A stretch of DNA of 62,928 nt, filler included, from Neolecta irregularis DAH-3 (taxonomy: Eukaryota): the NCBI GenBank assembly GCA_001929475.1. It is 18 parts of 18 records of this genome, joined end to end, with 100 filler letters (N's around TTAATTAATTAA, not from the genome) between each part and the next. Parts side by side here need not be neighbours in the genome. Positions count along the whole stretch, not along the records: positions 1 to 4,978 come from LXFE01001171.1; positions 5,079 to 9,350 come from LXFE01001172.1; positions 9,451 to 11,335 come from LXFE01001176.1; 15 more parts are not named here. The stretch is one strand, 5' to 3'. The position numbers and the translations under genes were made by a program. The notes beneath the pieces were generated by a model. The model ran no database searches and was not told the DNA's origin. It saw only the letters and a list, made by a program, of their open reading frames with translations. The stretch's first letter is position 1, and each line of letters opens with the position of its first letter. Below are positions 1 through 11,210 of the stretch, piece by piece.

Positions 1-93
1 GAGGGTGGGCGGGTGGGCGGCTGAATTTTTATGCATCCCGCCCTCACCCAGAGATCCAAACAACCGGCGGGGTCGGGCGGGCGGGTGGACCCA
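1..93 (-). mobile_element. End of GGGCG-repeat MITE (CAGTGTGTCC family)
   Basis: CCGGCGGGGTCGGGCGGGCGGGTGGAC is the reverse complement of the sequence following CAGTGT at 22043. Confidence 0.65.
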
Positions 94-95
94 AT

Positions 96-483
96 TTGTC
101 TCATTATTCAAATCATAAGCCTTTCAGATGGCTGGGGCTGCTAATAATCATTTGGTCAATAATGTACTTGTTCGGCTTGATCGGCTTGGACGCATATGGA
201 TACATCTTCTGAATTAGGATTCTTACTACCTTTTCTGGATTCGAGCGGCAATGCTTCCTCATTGTCTCATTATTCAAATCATAAGCCTTCCGGATGGCTG
301 GGATTGCTAATAATCATTTGGTCAATAATGTACTGGTTCGGCTTGATCGGCTTGGACGCATATACATACATTTTCTGAATTAGGATTCTTACTACCTTTT
401 CTGGATTCGAGCGGCAATGCTTCCTAGAGACGCACCTCAATGGACAGAATACATTGTCGCATTATTCAAATCATAATCCTTCC
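96..483 (+). repeat. Tandem duplication of a 166-bp unit (96-259, 262-425) plus a partial third copy (about 453-483)
   Basis: Near-identical units TTGTCTCATTATTCAAATCATAAGCC...GGCAATGCTTCCT. Confidence 0.9.
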
Positions 484-805
484 ATCCAGATGAAAAGAGC
501 CCAATTCTTCCATCTTCGGGCGCCTAATTGGTTATATAAAGGACTAACTATCGCCGTTGTAAAAGAACATTCAAAACATACTCGCTAAACTTGCTATCAT
601 CACGATCTTACTTGCTCTCGCGAGTGCCGACCCTACGCCTAGGAAAGCCGGCAGATCCAAGTAGAGCGCTAGTGCGGATTAACCGGGGTCGTCTTGGTTC
701 TCGTTATTTGTCAGACCGCCAAATTTGTTCATTCTAATCTGTTTTTTGTCTTTTATGTCTCCTTTTATGAATAAATGTCAGTAATTGTATTCAAACTTAT
801 GATTC

Positions 806-1727
806 CATTAGGCCCGTGGGCTTTTTAAAAAGCCCGGCCCATGGGCTTTTTTGAGGGTCCGGCCTTGCCAATGGACTATTTCATGATGTGACAACCAATT
901 TGGGAGGTGACTTTGATTGTGGAAGAATAAGATTTAATATTATTGATCATACTATCTAAGATCAGGCGATCTGGCCTGTGTGGGCCCATTTAGTCGGGCC
1001 TATGGGGCCAGGCTTTTAATGGGCCGGCTAAGCCCACAGCACATTGCCAACACTGGAGGCGAGCGAGATGGGAGTGCGAGGCTGGAGAGACTCGTACCTG
1101 TGCACGAGACGGGCGGGCGAGGCGGGAGAGAGAGATGGGAGAGAGGGGCACGAGGCGGGAGACGGGCGCGAGGCGTGAGGCGGGAGACGGGCGAGACGGG
1201 CGGGACATGGTGCGCGCCCTGCTCGCCGTTAGGGCACTTTGTGTATGCGCTTCCCGGGCTTGCATGGCCGCACCTGCTGCACGCGGCGGCGGGGTGTGCG
1301 GCGGCAGCGATTGCGGGCGCGGAGCTGGGTGTGTGCTGCTGTGGACGGTGGCTGCTCACCGCCCGCTGCCCGCGAACCCGAGGCTGTACTTTTCGGTGGA
1401 AGCCTGGCGCAGCGTCGCCTTTGCGGTTGCCGATGCGCTACTCGCCCTGGCCATGCACTGCTGCTCGAACGGGCGGGAGAGGCAGGAGAGATAGACGGGA
1501 GAGGCGGGCGAGAAGAGCGTGAGGAGGGTGAGATGGAAGAGGCTGGCGAGATGGACTGGCAAGGCGGGCAGGCAAGGCCGGTAGGAAGGCGGTTAGGGAG
1601 GAGACATGGGAGGAGAAGGGCTGCATAGTATTATTTAATATCACGTGAAAAAGCCCGTTTCGGCCCATTAGGCCCATGGGTCGATGGGCCGGGCGTTTTC
1701 TTGGCCCGGCCCATGGGCTTACACACT
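806..1727. mobile_element. Composite of GGCCCATGG-repeat hAT-like MITE ends, purine-rich arrays and a dispersed 127-bp segment
   Basis: Terminus CATTGCCAACACTG at 1042-1055; related ends at 13875, 37378, 44378, 58911, 60309; 1334-1460 matches the reverse complement of 44969-45095. Confidence 0.7.
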
Positions 1728-1730
1728 CCT

Positions 1731-1870
1731 GACTTCCCAAGTAAGAGATCTACGATAGTAATTGAAATAAGCTGAGACTGAGAGGAGAGACGGAGGGAGC
1801 TTGTGGGTGTGGAGGCGTCCTAGAGCTGTCTCGAAAGTAGGAATCTATGGGGTTGAAAAGTGAGACACGC
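1731..1870 (+). repeat. Dispersed repeat of about 140 bp (second copy about 28221-28366)
   Basis: Shared GTAAGAGATCTA..ATAGTAATTGAAATAAGCTGAGACTGAGAGGAGAG...GGAGGCGTCCTAGAGCTGTCTC...GTGAGACACG. Confidence 0.85.
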
Positions 1871-2061
1871 ATATAAAGTGTTCAGAACGAGTGTAAATTT
1901 CACTAGCTCCGCAGCAGACCCTTAAATATCCAACACAATTAATGAATCATTTCAGTGCCAGATACCAGAAAGATCCTGTGGGATCCAAGACAGTCTGCAC
2001 ATAAAGGAGGGCCATTTTTTCATTATTCTTGAAATTCAGTCGTCGTCTACATCCTCTGAAC

Positions 2062-3111
2062 ATGTTGTCAACGCCGTTTATTGCTTTATTTGGAATCGTT
2101 GCTGCTTCGCCAGTATTAAATCCTCCGCGTGCAACAAAAGAGAACATACCTGCACAAAGCGAGATTCCGAATGCACCCCAGCTTATGCAATCATCGGCCC
2201 ACCATTCTTCATTGGTACAGAGCCGGAGCTCCCACACTGCTGAACCGCTCTTTAATCCCAACTACTTCCATCCCCCACGTTTTGAAGAACTCATTGATCT
2301 TGATGAAACTCCATATGTCGACGACCTACTCGTAATCATGAAGCACCCCGATGAAATAGACATCGTAAAATTGTGGGATACGAATTTCAACGATTACCCA
2401 AGGTTTCTTAAGGCCAGTTCCTCAATCAGCTCTATATGGGAGAAACTTCAAATTTTAAGTTGGTATGAAATACAACATTCTACTGATGGAGACTCTCCTG
2501 AATACGAAATACTGATAGCCTCTCTCATCAGTTGTTTGAAGGAGCTTGATATCACCATCACCTACCACGACGCAGATGAATTTTTGAAAGGATATAAAAA
2601 TGCAGTACAGACTGTATTTGCCGCGGACTACAGTTGGGAGTTTTTCCAGCAATATTTTACCTATATTTATGGTAAAATTCGAGATGAGGAAAGCGATCAA
2701 CGTCAACTCGATTCAATTTTTACTCCTAAAAATGGCGATGCATTCGCGGAAGATGAGCCTGATTGGGAAGACATGGCAAATTATTTTAATGAGGAGTTTT
2801 CTCAGTCCAACAAAATAAACAGAATATGGGAGATGATGGCTATTGTGAATTTCCCTGACGAATTCAACTGTCCTGCTGGACCCTCTGGCGAATACTTTCA
2901 ACTCCTGGATCTTCTCATCAAATGTTTGGAGGGGCGTGATATCACTTTTACGCACGAGGAAGCCGATGAGTTTTTCAAGATGTACGTCATTACAACAGAG
3001 CAAATGGATTCCAAAAAGGTCAATCGAGCGTATTTTGAGACTTTTATCGATGAATATGTGAAAACATCGTCAGTCGAGAGTAATTTGAGAGATTTATCAT
3101 TGGATATGTGA
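2062..3111 (+). CDS. Orphan secreted protein (349 aa) with two internal helical repeats
   Basis: Signal peptide MLSTPFIALFGIVAA/SP; repeat motif IWE...EY..L...LI.CL...DIT.T...ADEF...Y occurs twice; intronless ORF. Confidence 0.75.
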   Translation: MLSTPFIALFGIVAASPVLNPPRATKENIPAQSEIPNAPQLMQSSAHHSSLVQSRSSHTAEPLFNPNYFHPPRFEELIDLDETPYVDDLLVIMKHPDEIDIVKLWDTNFNDYPRFLKASSSISSIWEKLQILSWYEIQHSTDGDSPEYEILIASLISCLKELDITITYHDADEFLKGYKNAVQTVFAADYSWEFFQQYFTYIYGKIRDEESDQRQLDSIFTPKNGDAFAEDEPDWEDMANYFNEEFSQSNKINRIWEMMAIVNFPDEFNCPAGPSGEYFQLLDLLIKCLEGRDITFTHEEADEFFKMYVITTEQMDSKKVNRAYFETFIDEYVKTSSVESNLRDLSLDM

Positions 3112-4005
3112 AAGTGTCAGAGTAGATTCCTGATCGAATAGATTAATAAAATATTTGAAATTGTGTGTTTATACAATTTGATTAGTATCATACAGAAAAA
3201 GGACTATTTTTCAACTGTATCAGACGCATTTGGACAACTATCAACATACTGGAGGGATAAATACCATGGCTGACTATTATTTTGAAAATGTGAAACACAT
3301 CTAGTTCTTAATGGATAGCAATACATATGCTGTGGTTAATTCATAGCATAGCATAGCTTGGATAATAAAATAATTCATAGATTCTTGGTTTAGCCGGATA
3401 GAGCGTACCCGCCTTCGGTGCAAGAAGCAGCCGCAGTACTACTTAAGCAAAACGACCAATACAGCCACATGATTATAGCGGTCAGAAAAAGCAAACAAGA
3501 ACCCTTGAATGTCCTTTGCAAAATAATTTGTATCATTTCAGTGCGACTCTAACAAGCAGAATTCTATTGAGCAAGCGAGGACCCTAATTCCAGTGTGGCC
3601 AACTCCCAGACCGACCCTAACCGAGCCTCTTCGGTGGGCAGTAGGGGAGAGGTAGCTGCTGGGGCAAGGTGCGCTCCCAGGGGATTTCCCAGGTGGAGGC
3701 CTTGGTGCGGGTGTTGAGTAGTAGATGCTGCCTTAGGCAGGGCCTGGGGAGCCAGTCTGCGACGTCCTCGTTGGGCTCATCCTCAGCGGCAGCGGCGAGC
3801 TCGGCGACATAGTTGCTGGGAACTGGTGCTGCCGAGCATGCTGTCCCATCAGCCAGACTCGAGCTGCGTCAGCACCTAGATCTCGTCGCCTGCGCAGAAT
3901 GCCAGGCTGTTGTGGTCCTACGCTGCCGCCGACCACTTCTCGCGGTGTTTGCCGCCGCCCAGCAGAGCAAAGCCCGCGAGCACCGCCATCCCAAGATGAA
4001 ACATA

Positions 4006-4330
4006 GGATCTAGCCATCTTTCCGGTATGAATACGTCCAGTTGTGTGAAATATCTTGCATCGTGGAATATAGACCAATTCGGTACAATTACAGGTGTGCT
4101 TCGGGATGATACAACTGCCAATTTCAACATCTTCCATTGCCCATCGTGGAGTCAATAAAAGTGCAGGTGGAGAAAATCGAAGAGTGTCATTGATCACTGC
4201 ATTCAAATACCGGAGTTCAGCAAGTCTATAAGCCTGTGATTTGATCTGGCATCGATTCTTCCAACTCAAGACGGAGTTTCTATAAAACTTTAGGATGTTG
4301 TGCGATGTGGAAAGAAGTAGCTGTGAGCAT
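4006..4330 (-). pseudogene. Cytochrome P450 fragment
   Basis: LTATSFHIAQHPKVL*KLRLEL (I/J helix), YLNAVINDTLRFSPP (K helix, ExxR degenerate), FIPERWLDP; contains a stop and frameshifts; no heme-Cys motif. Confidence 0.85.
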
Positions 4331-4500
4331 TGCTGAACGTTATCATGTGTGATAGATCATGGAACATACATGCCGTGGTATCGCTTCCACCAATTCTGCA
4401 AGTTATTCAAAAAATAAAAGACAATCATACTTGGACGAATATTTCCAAGTTCGCTGAGATGCCTATTCACAATCTCTGGTTCGTCGCTTAGACTTCTATT

Positions 4501-4884
4501 TCTGTAACAAATTATATCGATAACAACGTCACTTTTAATCTTGGCTCGCCGTTCGCTGGCTAGTTCAGAGATAAATGTCAATGCCTCGACATCGCCTCCA
4601 TTGACGCGAAATATATGTGAATCAATGGATTTAGCACTGTCTAAACAGTAACGCGTTGTAAGGGTATATCCCGGATATACCCATACCAATACAGCAAGTG
4701 GCGGAGAAAGATAAAAATGTATATAAAACTATGGGCGCATATCCTAGTCTAAGCTCATACGCCTACAAGCTTAGATTAAGGAAATATAACCTGATCTTAT
4801 TGTACTCGAGCTCCAACACTTACACGCGTTGACTGAGCAAACCGAGGATCAATGGTGAAAACAATCTAGTTATTGACAATGTGG
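4501..4884 (-). pseudogene. KGD1: 2-oxoglutarate dehydrogenase E1 (KGD1) fragment interrupted by a solo LTR
   Basis: HIVNN*IVFTIDPRFAQST / RYCLDSAKSIDSHIFRVNGGDVEALTFISELA...DVVIDIICYR matches the E1 consensus [21 protein letters not shown]...HVNADDVEAV...DVVIDLVCYR. Confidence 0.85.
4657..4824 (+). mobile_element. Solo LTR (168 bp) with 5-bp target-site duplication CGCGT
   Basis: TGTAAG...CTTACA termini; CGCGT at 4652-4656 and 4825-4829; internal TATA-like sequence. Confidence 0.92.
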
Positions 4885-4978
4885 TGATTTGTCAGACATT
4901 GATGCAACCAACAAAAGTGGAACACCAGATTCCATATGCAGCTGCAGCTGCTTTTTTTGCATTAAATCTTCTATTTTC

Positions 4979-5078
4979 NNNNNNNNNNNNNNNNNNNNNN
5001 NNNNNNNNNNNNNNNNNNNNNNTTAATTAATTAANNNNNNNNNNNNNNNNNNNNNNNNNNNNNNNNNNNNNNNNNNNN
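4979..5078. other. Artificial contig linker N44-TTAATTAATTAA-N44 (also at 9351, 11336, 14307, 15456, 18608, 22149, 24285, 29244, 34991, 43100, 44748, 46926, 50688, 54314, 59163, 60479; each 100 nt)
   Basis: Identical 100-nt spacer with six-frame stop codons, repeated 17 times. Confidence 0.98.
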
Positions 5079-5167
5079 TATAAGTTGACAACAGGATACA
5101 TCATTGTTAATACAAAAATTCCCATTGTAACCAAGCAACATATAAATGCTAGAAATATTTTTCTCAG

Positions 5168-5281
5168 ACGGACTGGACCGGTCCATGGTCTGTTTAGGCG
5201 GACCAGACCAAGGCATTCAGGGGTCCAGACGGACCAGATCAGGGGTCTTGGTCGGTCTGGTCTAGTCGGTTAGGAACCCTG
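5168..5281 (-). mobile_element. hAT-like MITE end (CAGGGTTCCTAACCGAC family, GGACC/GGTCT repeats)
   Basis: Reverse complement matches 34925-34990. Confidence 0.75.
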
Positions 5282-5319
5282 CTAACAACTCTAGTTGAAT
5301 TAGAAAAATACAGAAAAAA

Positions 5320-6163
5320 TCAGTTATACCTCCACATATACCAACTGGCAAGGCTTCTCCATGGTTTCCATGGGTCTGAAATTTCTAGCATTTCCTTCTC
5401 GGAGAGATATTTCCACTTACCTTTGCCCTTGTTCTTTAATTTCGCAATGTCATGTCCTACCCATGCAGCCATGCCACGTTGGATGCCCAGATCACCAACT
5501 GGAAAGATATCAGGGCGTTGGAGAGTGAAAATAAGATACATATGCGCGCCTATATTTATCAGATGAATCCATTGCTACGGAAGAAATACTCCATTCTCCA
5601 ATTCCTCGAACAGCGACTAGCCGCTCGGTAATTTCCAGGTCGGTGCCATTTGACAAAAGCTCAGCAGATAACGTTCCATCGACAAAATGGTTTGCTAGTC
5701 CAGAAACATACTCTGCTTTTCGAAGAGACAGACCGGCTGATCTTAGGGTTGAAGTATCTTTCTCAAGTACCATTTCCGGTGTCGGGAAGACGTTTTTTCG
5801 TGCTTCGGCAGTAGAGGTTTCGCGAGTTCCTTGATCGTCCACCAGTATTGCGCCAGTATTCATCGAAGAGTCAGAACCAGATGAAAATAAGTTAACAAAT
5901 CTATTCAATATCGATCGAGCAGCTGCCCCGCTTACTTGTTGGGCAAGAATACCGCGCACAATATCGGGAAATGGTGTGATATTACGATCATACTCGGCGA
6001 ACAGTGGGCATGTATGTTTTTCGGCCAGTACCTTGAAGCGTGGGTCGACTGAGATTAAATGGGCGATTCCTTCAGAAAGAGCTGGTCCATGCACTATTGT
6101 TTCCAATGAACTAGGTATAGTAAGAAGTGGAAATTTAATTAAAGGCGCGGATGATTTTTCCAT
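5320..6163 (-). CDS. MAG1: DNA-3-methyladenine glycosylase (HhH-GPD family), one intron; the start may lie further upstream
   Basis: ILAQQVSGAAARSI, LRSAGLSLRKAEY, LVAVRGIGEWS, RPDIFPVGDLGIQRG, WKPWRSLASWYMW. Confidence 0.92.
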
Positions 6164-7843
6164 ATCTGCGATTTTCTAGACCGTCAGACTCGTAGTATAT
6201 GTGGAACATGCAGCATTCTTCGAGAAGGAAGTGGCCGCCTTGGAAGCGGATTTAAATTCATCGTGTTTTGAAATTCGACTCGAACTGAAATGTCAGAGTT
6301 TGAGGCGCTTGTATGGAATATTACGCAGATCTCGACTGTGTAAGATGTTTGGCGAACGTGTTATGTTTTGCTGTAAGTTTTTTCATGGTGGTTTGAAGTA
6401 CCGACCGTAATGGGAAGTCGGTGAATCTCTTCTCTGCACGAGTCGGTTAGACTGAAGCGAGCGACGGTATCGCACACAGGCTAGGAACTTGAATAATTCC
6501 ACCTGTCAAAAAAGCGGATCTAAATAGATATCCCATCATATTGACTCGGGTTGGACAAAGAGGTCAATTATTTGGTAACCTCTTTGTGGCGCATTCAGAA
6601 TGGAGTTTTTATAATTACAGAAATATGGCGCCGCCTTCGAATCATCGAAAATTGCCAACTGGTAAAAATAACGTCAGATAGTGGAGACCAAGCCAACGTG
6701 ACCCCGCGATGATATGTCACCCACAACTTCAACTATTTCCTAACGAATCACCATTTCACTCTACTTTGACGTTAGATTTTCCAAACGAAAATATATTTAA
6801 CTGCCAGTCCGTGCAGCTCTCAAAAACGGTCCTTATTAAAGCTTCAGATTTCTCCTACACTAAATCACATCCTCATTTCTTCATCGGAATGCCCAAGTAT
6901 CTTTGGATTACAGTCTCCCAAGATTCTGGAGACTTCAAAGCAAGAATATCCAAGTTAGGTAAAGGATATTTGTTTTATTGGATGAGGGTATGAACTGTAA
7001 CCTCTGTCGAGATTTTACCCCTCATAGATTCCATCCAATGTCACATACATGTCTACCTTTTTTCGCCTATCGAATCCCTTTGAGATCCTCAAGGCGGCAT
7101 ACGCCTTTGGGAGCGATGGAGAGTTGTCCATAGCACCTGGAGACGCCTTTGGACCCAATGAGGATACATTGAGTTCTTCTGGGGAGTCTAGTGATGATGG
7201 CAGTATCACTGGGTTCCTGCCAAAGATGGAGGAGAAGGATTATGTTGAGATCATTGAGAAGTACTGGAAGGATGGCATTACGTTGGGATAAAGCTCTATC
7301 TAGCTTAAAACATGCATCTTTTGGGCGGGTATCGTGACATAAATAGAGACTTTTATCTCTAGGGTCTCTAGGATGACTCGCAATGGGATTGTGGGAACCT
7401 CCATAGGGTAAATAAAGCTCAACTTTTCAAACATGGGTTACGGTTCACTATCGCATTGCATTGGTGACGAGACCAATCAAAAGCCTCCTTGTTACAACTG
7501 CTCAAAACGGACTCGGATTCGTTGACACACACGCCTAGAATAGACAACTACATAATGTAATAGTCAACCCAAGAGCTAGACCGGGTGAATTTGATGAGTA
7601 TTACATCTCGATACAGGTAAGGGCTTCATAATGACAATTCTCCGCTACGAATCCGAGGAGCATATTTTCATGCAAGCAGTTCTCTATCACTTTATCGGAA
7701 TATTTTTGAAAAAGAAAATCCATGTTCAAGAGTTTCGACAGAGGTCTATGTAAACCCTTGCAACATTGATTATCATGACGTGGAGAAAGCAGCGAGCGTA
7801 AACGGCCACGACACCGCCTCTGTTCCCCACCAGAAGAGTGATA

Positions 7844-8957
7844 ATGTCTCTATTAAAATTCCTGTCTCGCGCCCTCTCTCTTCTGCTGACTTTATTCACG
7901 AGTCCCCTTGCTTTCAATATTGCGGGCCATAATTGTGGACTAGCATTCACTTTCTTCCTCTCGATTTACCATTCCCTCGCGGCCCTCCCGCGGTATAGAA
8001 AATTGCTATCGTTTGCGGAAGTGATATCTGTGCCTGGGTTGTTAGTTTTTTGTCTGTCTCGGTTTGATGGCCACTCGACTAGATGGTGGTTAGCTCCCTG
8101 GGGTTATCTGCTTGAACATTCGACACCCGTGTTCACGCTTCTCGAGGGCCTGTGTACGCTTCTCGTCATACAGGGCATCAGTCAATTTGGACGGTATCTC
8201 GTTAAATATCGCTCGGAGAACTTTTTGGTATTCCCTTTTTTTTCGCCATGTTTGCCAGAGGTAATTGTTTCAGATTGGAATTTTAATATTTTCGGCCAGT
8301 GGATTTACCTTCAGTCTCTATACTGTTCTACAAATATATCGATATACACAGCTTTCTGCCACCACTGCGTCATTGATTGGCGTTTCAATTACCCTTGCTG
8401 TTGTTCTCTCTGTGTATGGAATTATGACGAATAAAGGTTCTATTGTGGAGAGTTCCCTGATGGTACGTCTTTTCTTTTCTGTCTTTGGCTGATTGGACTT
8501 TTGTTCTCGTATATTGTGTATTCGATTAGTATGATTTGTCGTCCGAACTTGCCAGTTTTCCTGTATGTGTTCTCTCTCGTCTTGTTCTTTAGGGGGTTGA
8601 CAAGGCAGACCATCGACTACGAGTGCGATTTTATCGAGCATAGTGCCACCGTCGCTACTGATATCGGCGGTATATAGGGTGAGTATTGTGGGGATTGCAT
8701 TGCGGATTGTGCCGATGATTACACGGCTGCGGGACCATCTTGATCCGGCTGCAGCAGAGGAGTCCCCTTTCTTCCAGCTGGCGACTGTGATTTCGCCTGT
8801 CGTGCAGGTTGTGTCATACGGAAACCAGCTTGTGTCGTCGCCGGTGCTGAACGTCAACAGCAGGGCAGCGCAGTGGTTTGAGGTGTGGCGATGGATTACG
8901 GTATTCTGCACAATGGGGCTGTGGTGGTTGGAGATGGGTCACGACGACTTTGAGTGA
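7844..8957 (+). CDS. ICE2: ER membrane protein ICE2 (spliced)
   Basis: PLAFNIAGHNCGLAFT, STPVFTLLEGLCTLLVIQ, KGSIVESSL, YRVSI, WRWITVFCT motifs. Confidence 0.85.
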
Positions 8958-9049
8958 TGGCTCTGTATACTGTGGGGATCGAGCGAGTCCAGCGAGGCTG
9001 GAGGAGTAATCACGCTGGTGGCTGCGGCGAATTGCCCCGCGCATGTAAT

Positions 9050-9350
9050 TTTTTTCGCCGCCCTGTCCGCTTCTCCGCTCTACACTCTCTCTCTACTCTG
9101 ATCCGCCAAATCACTCCACTTTACTCCCCTACCCCGCTTCCACTACTCTCCCTTCTCTAATCCACTACTCCATCTACCTACTCCACTACCCTCCCCTGTA
9201 CTCCGCTGCCTCCCTACTCTAATCCACCGCTCCCTCTACACTTCTCCGCTGCTCCCTCTACTCTACTCCACCCGCTCTACCATGCGACTCGCCTCCCGCC
9301 GCGGCCAGTCCGATCTGCCGTCGCTGCCGCTGCCGCTGCCGCCGTCGCCC
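9050..9350. repeat. C/T-rich low-complexity array at contig end
   Basis: CTACTC/CTCCAC iterations. Confidence 0.8.
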
Positions 9351-9734
9351 NNNNNNNNNNNNNNNNNNNNNNNNNNNNNNNNNNNNNNNNNNNNTTAATT
9401 AATTAANNNNNNNNNNNNNNNNNNNNNNNNNNNNNNNNNNNNNNNNNNNNTTAGTCAAACTGCTGGAACTTTCAGTGAAAGTCCCAGAACTTACAGTGAA
9501 AATCCTACATATACACACTCTCTGCATCTCTCCGGTTTGCCAACTCGCTACCTCTTACTGCGTTTCTCGCTCGCGAGTTGCGCACCCTCTCACCTCCTTA
9601 CTCACTCACACTCCATCTTGCCTGATCGCGTTCCATCTCGCCGCTTGCCCGATCGCTCTCCCTCTGGCTGTGTGTCTTATCGAGCTCCATCTGGCCACTT
9701 GCCTAATCGCACTCACTACCTCTGGCCGCCGCTG

Positions 9735-10040
9735 CAGCTCCACTGCCAGCTCCAGTTCCATCGCCTGCGCCAGCTCCATCGCCAGCTCCATTGCCATCAC
9801 CCACTCCAGCGCCCTCACCCTTGGCTGTTCCAGCCGCATCTCCTGCTCCAGCTCCATTGCCTGCTCCAGCTACGTCGCCCGCTCCAGCTACGTCACCCAC
9901 TCTAGCTACGTCGCCCGCTCCAGCTACGTCGCCCGCTCCAGCTACGTAGCCCGCTCCAGCTATGTCGCCAGCTCCAGCTACGTCACCCGCTCCAGCTCCA
10001 TCGCCCGCTCCAGCTCCATTGCCTGCTCCAGTTCCATCGC
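9735..10040. repeat. 18-bp minisatellite (CTCCAGCTACGTCGCCCG)n, degenerate
   Basis: Tandem units visible directly. Confidence 0.85.
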
Positions 10041-11210
10041 CCCTCCTACCTCTCCCATTCCGCCCACCCCTCACGCTGCTCCCATCACTCCCGTTCCCGT
10101 TCCGCCTGTCGCTCCCCTCCCGCCTCTCCCGTTCCACCATACCAGTTGCTCCCGTTCCACCTGTCCCTCCCGCCTCTCTCGTTCTGCCTGTCCTCCCGCC
10201 GCACCCATTCCACCTGCCGCTCCCACCGCTCCTGCTGCTCCCGTCCCTCCCGTCACTCCCATTCTGCCTGTCACTCCTGTCGCTCCTGCTGCTACCGTCA
10301 CAATTCCGCCCGCCCTCCCATCACTCCCATTCTGCCTGTCCCTCCCGTTGCGCCCGTCCCTGCCGCCTCTCCCATTCCGCCCGTCCCTGCTGCCTCCCCT
10401 GTTCCACCCGTCGCTCCAGTTGCGCCTGTCCCTGCCTCCTCTCCCGCCGCTCTCTATTCTCCCTCCGCCCTTTTTCCCTCCCACCTCTCCCGTTCCGCCT
10501 TACCCTCTTGTCACTCCCGCCACTCCCGTTCTGACTGTCCTCCCATTCCACCCTTTCCTCCCGCCACTCCCATTCCGCCTGTCCCTACCGTCACTCCCAC
10601 CACTCTCGTTCCGCCTATCCTCCCGCCGCTCCCTTCTCTCATGCCCGCCGCTCCCTTCCCTCCTGTTGCTCCCATTCCGCCTATCCCTCCTGTCGCTCCC
10701 GCCTCTCCCGTTACCATTCCGCCCGCCCTCCTGCCACTCCCGTTCTGCCCCGTTCTGCCGTTCCCCTCTCTCCCTTTCCGCCCGTCGCTCCTGTTGCACC
10801 CGTCCCTGCCGCCGCTCCTGCCGCTCTCATTCCGCCTATCCTCCCGCCACTCCCTTCCCTCATGCCCGCTGCTCCCTTCCCTCCTGTCGCTCCCATTCTG
10901 CCTGTCCCTCCCGTCGCTCCCGCCACTCCTGTTACCATTCCGCCCGCCCTCCCGCCACTCCCGTTCTGCCCCGTTCTGCCGTTCCCCTCTCTTCAGTTTC
11001 ACCCGTTGCTCCAGTTGCGCCCGTCCCTGCCGCCGCTGCCACCGCTCTCATTCCGCCTATCCTCCCGCCTCTCCCTTCCCTCCCGTCGCTACCATTCCGC
11101 CTGTCCCTCCCGTCGCTCCCGTTACCATTCCGCCCGCCGCTCCAGTTCCGCCCGCCGCTCCCATTCCCCCCGTCCTACCGCCACTCCCGTTCCGCCTATC
11201 CTCCCACTGT
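10040..11210. repeat. Pyrimidine-rich array (CTCCCG/TTCCGCC) with higher-order units of about 220 bp
   Basis: TTCCGCCTATCCTCCCGCC recurs near 10609, 10831 and 11051; similar arrays at 14100-14306, 44848-44970, 46430-46925. Confidence 0.85.

Noticed and set aside
980-1628. Overlapping Arg/Gly-rich ORFs
   Set aside because: Purine-rich repeat artefact; only the 127-bp segment was kept as a possible gene fragment
6889-7291. Possible small spliced gene
   Set aside because: No consistent in-frame splice model and no recognisable motif
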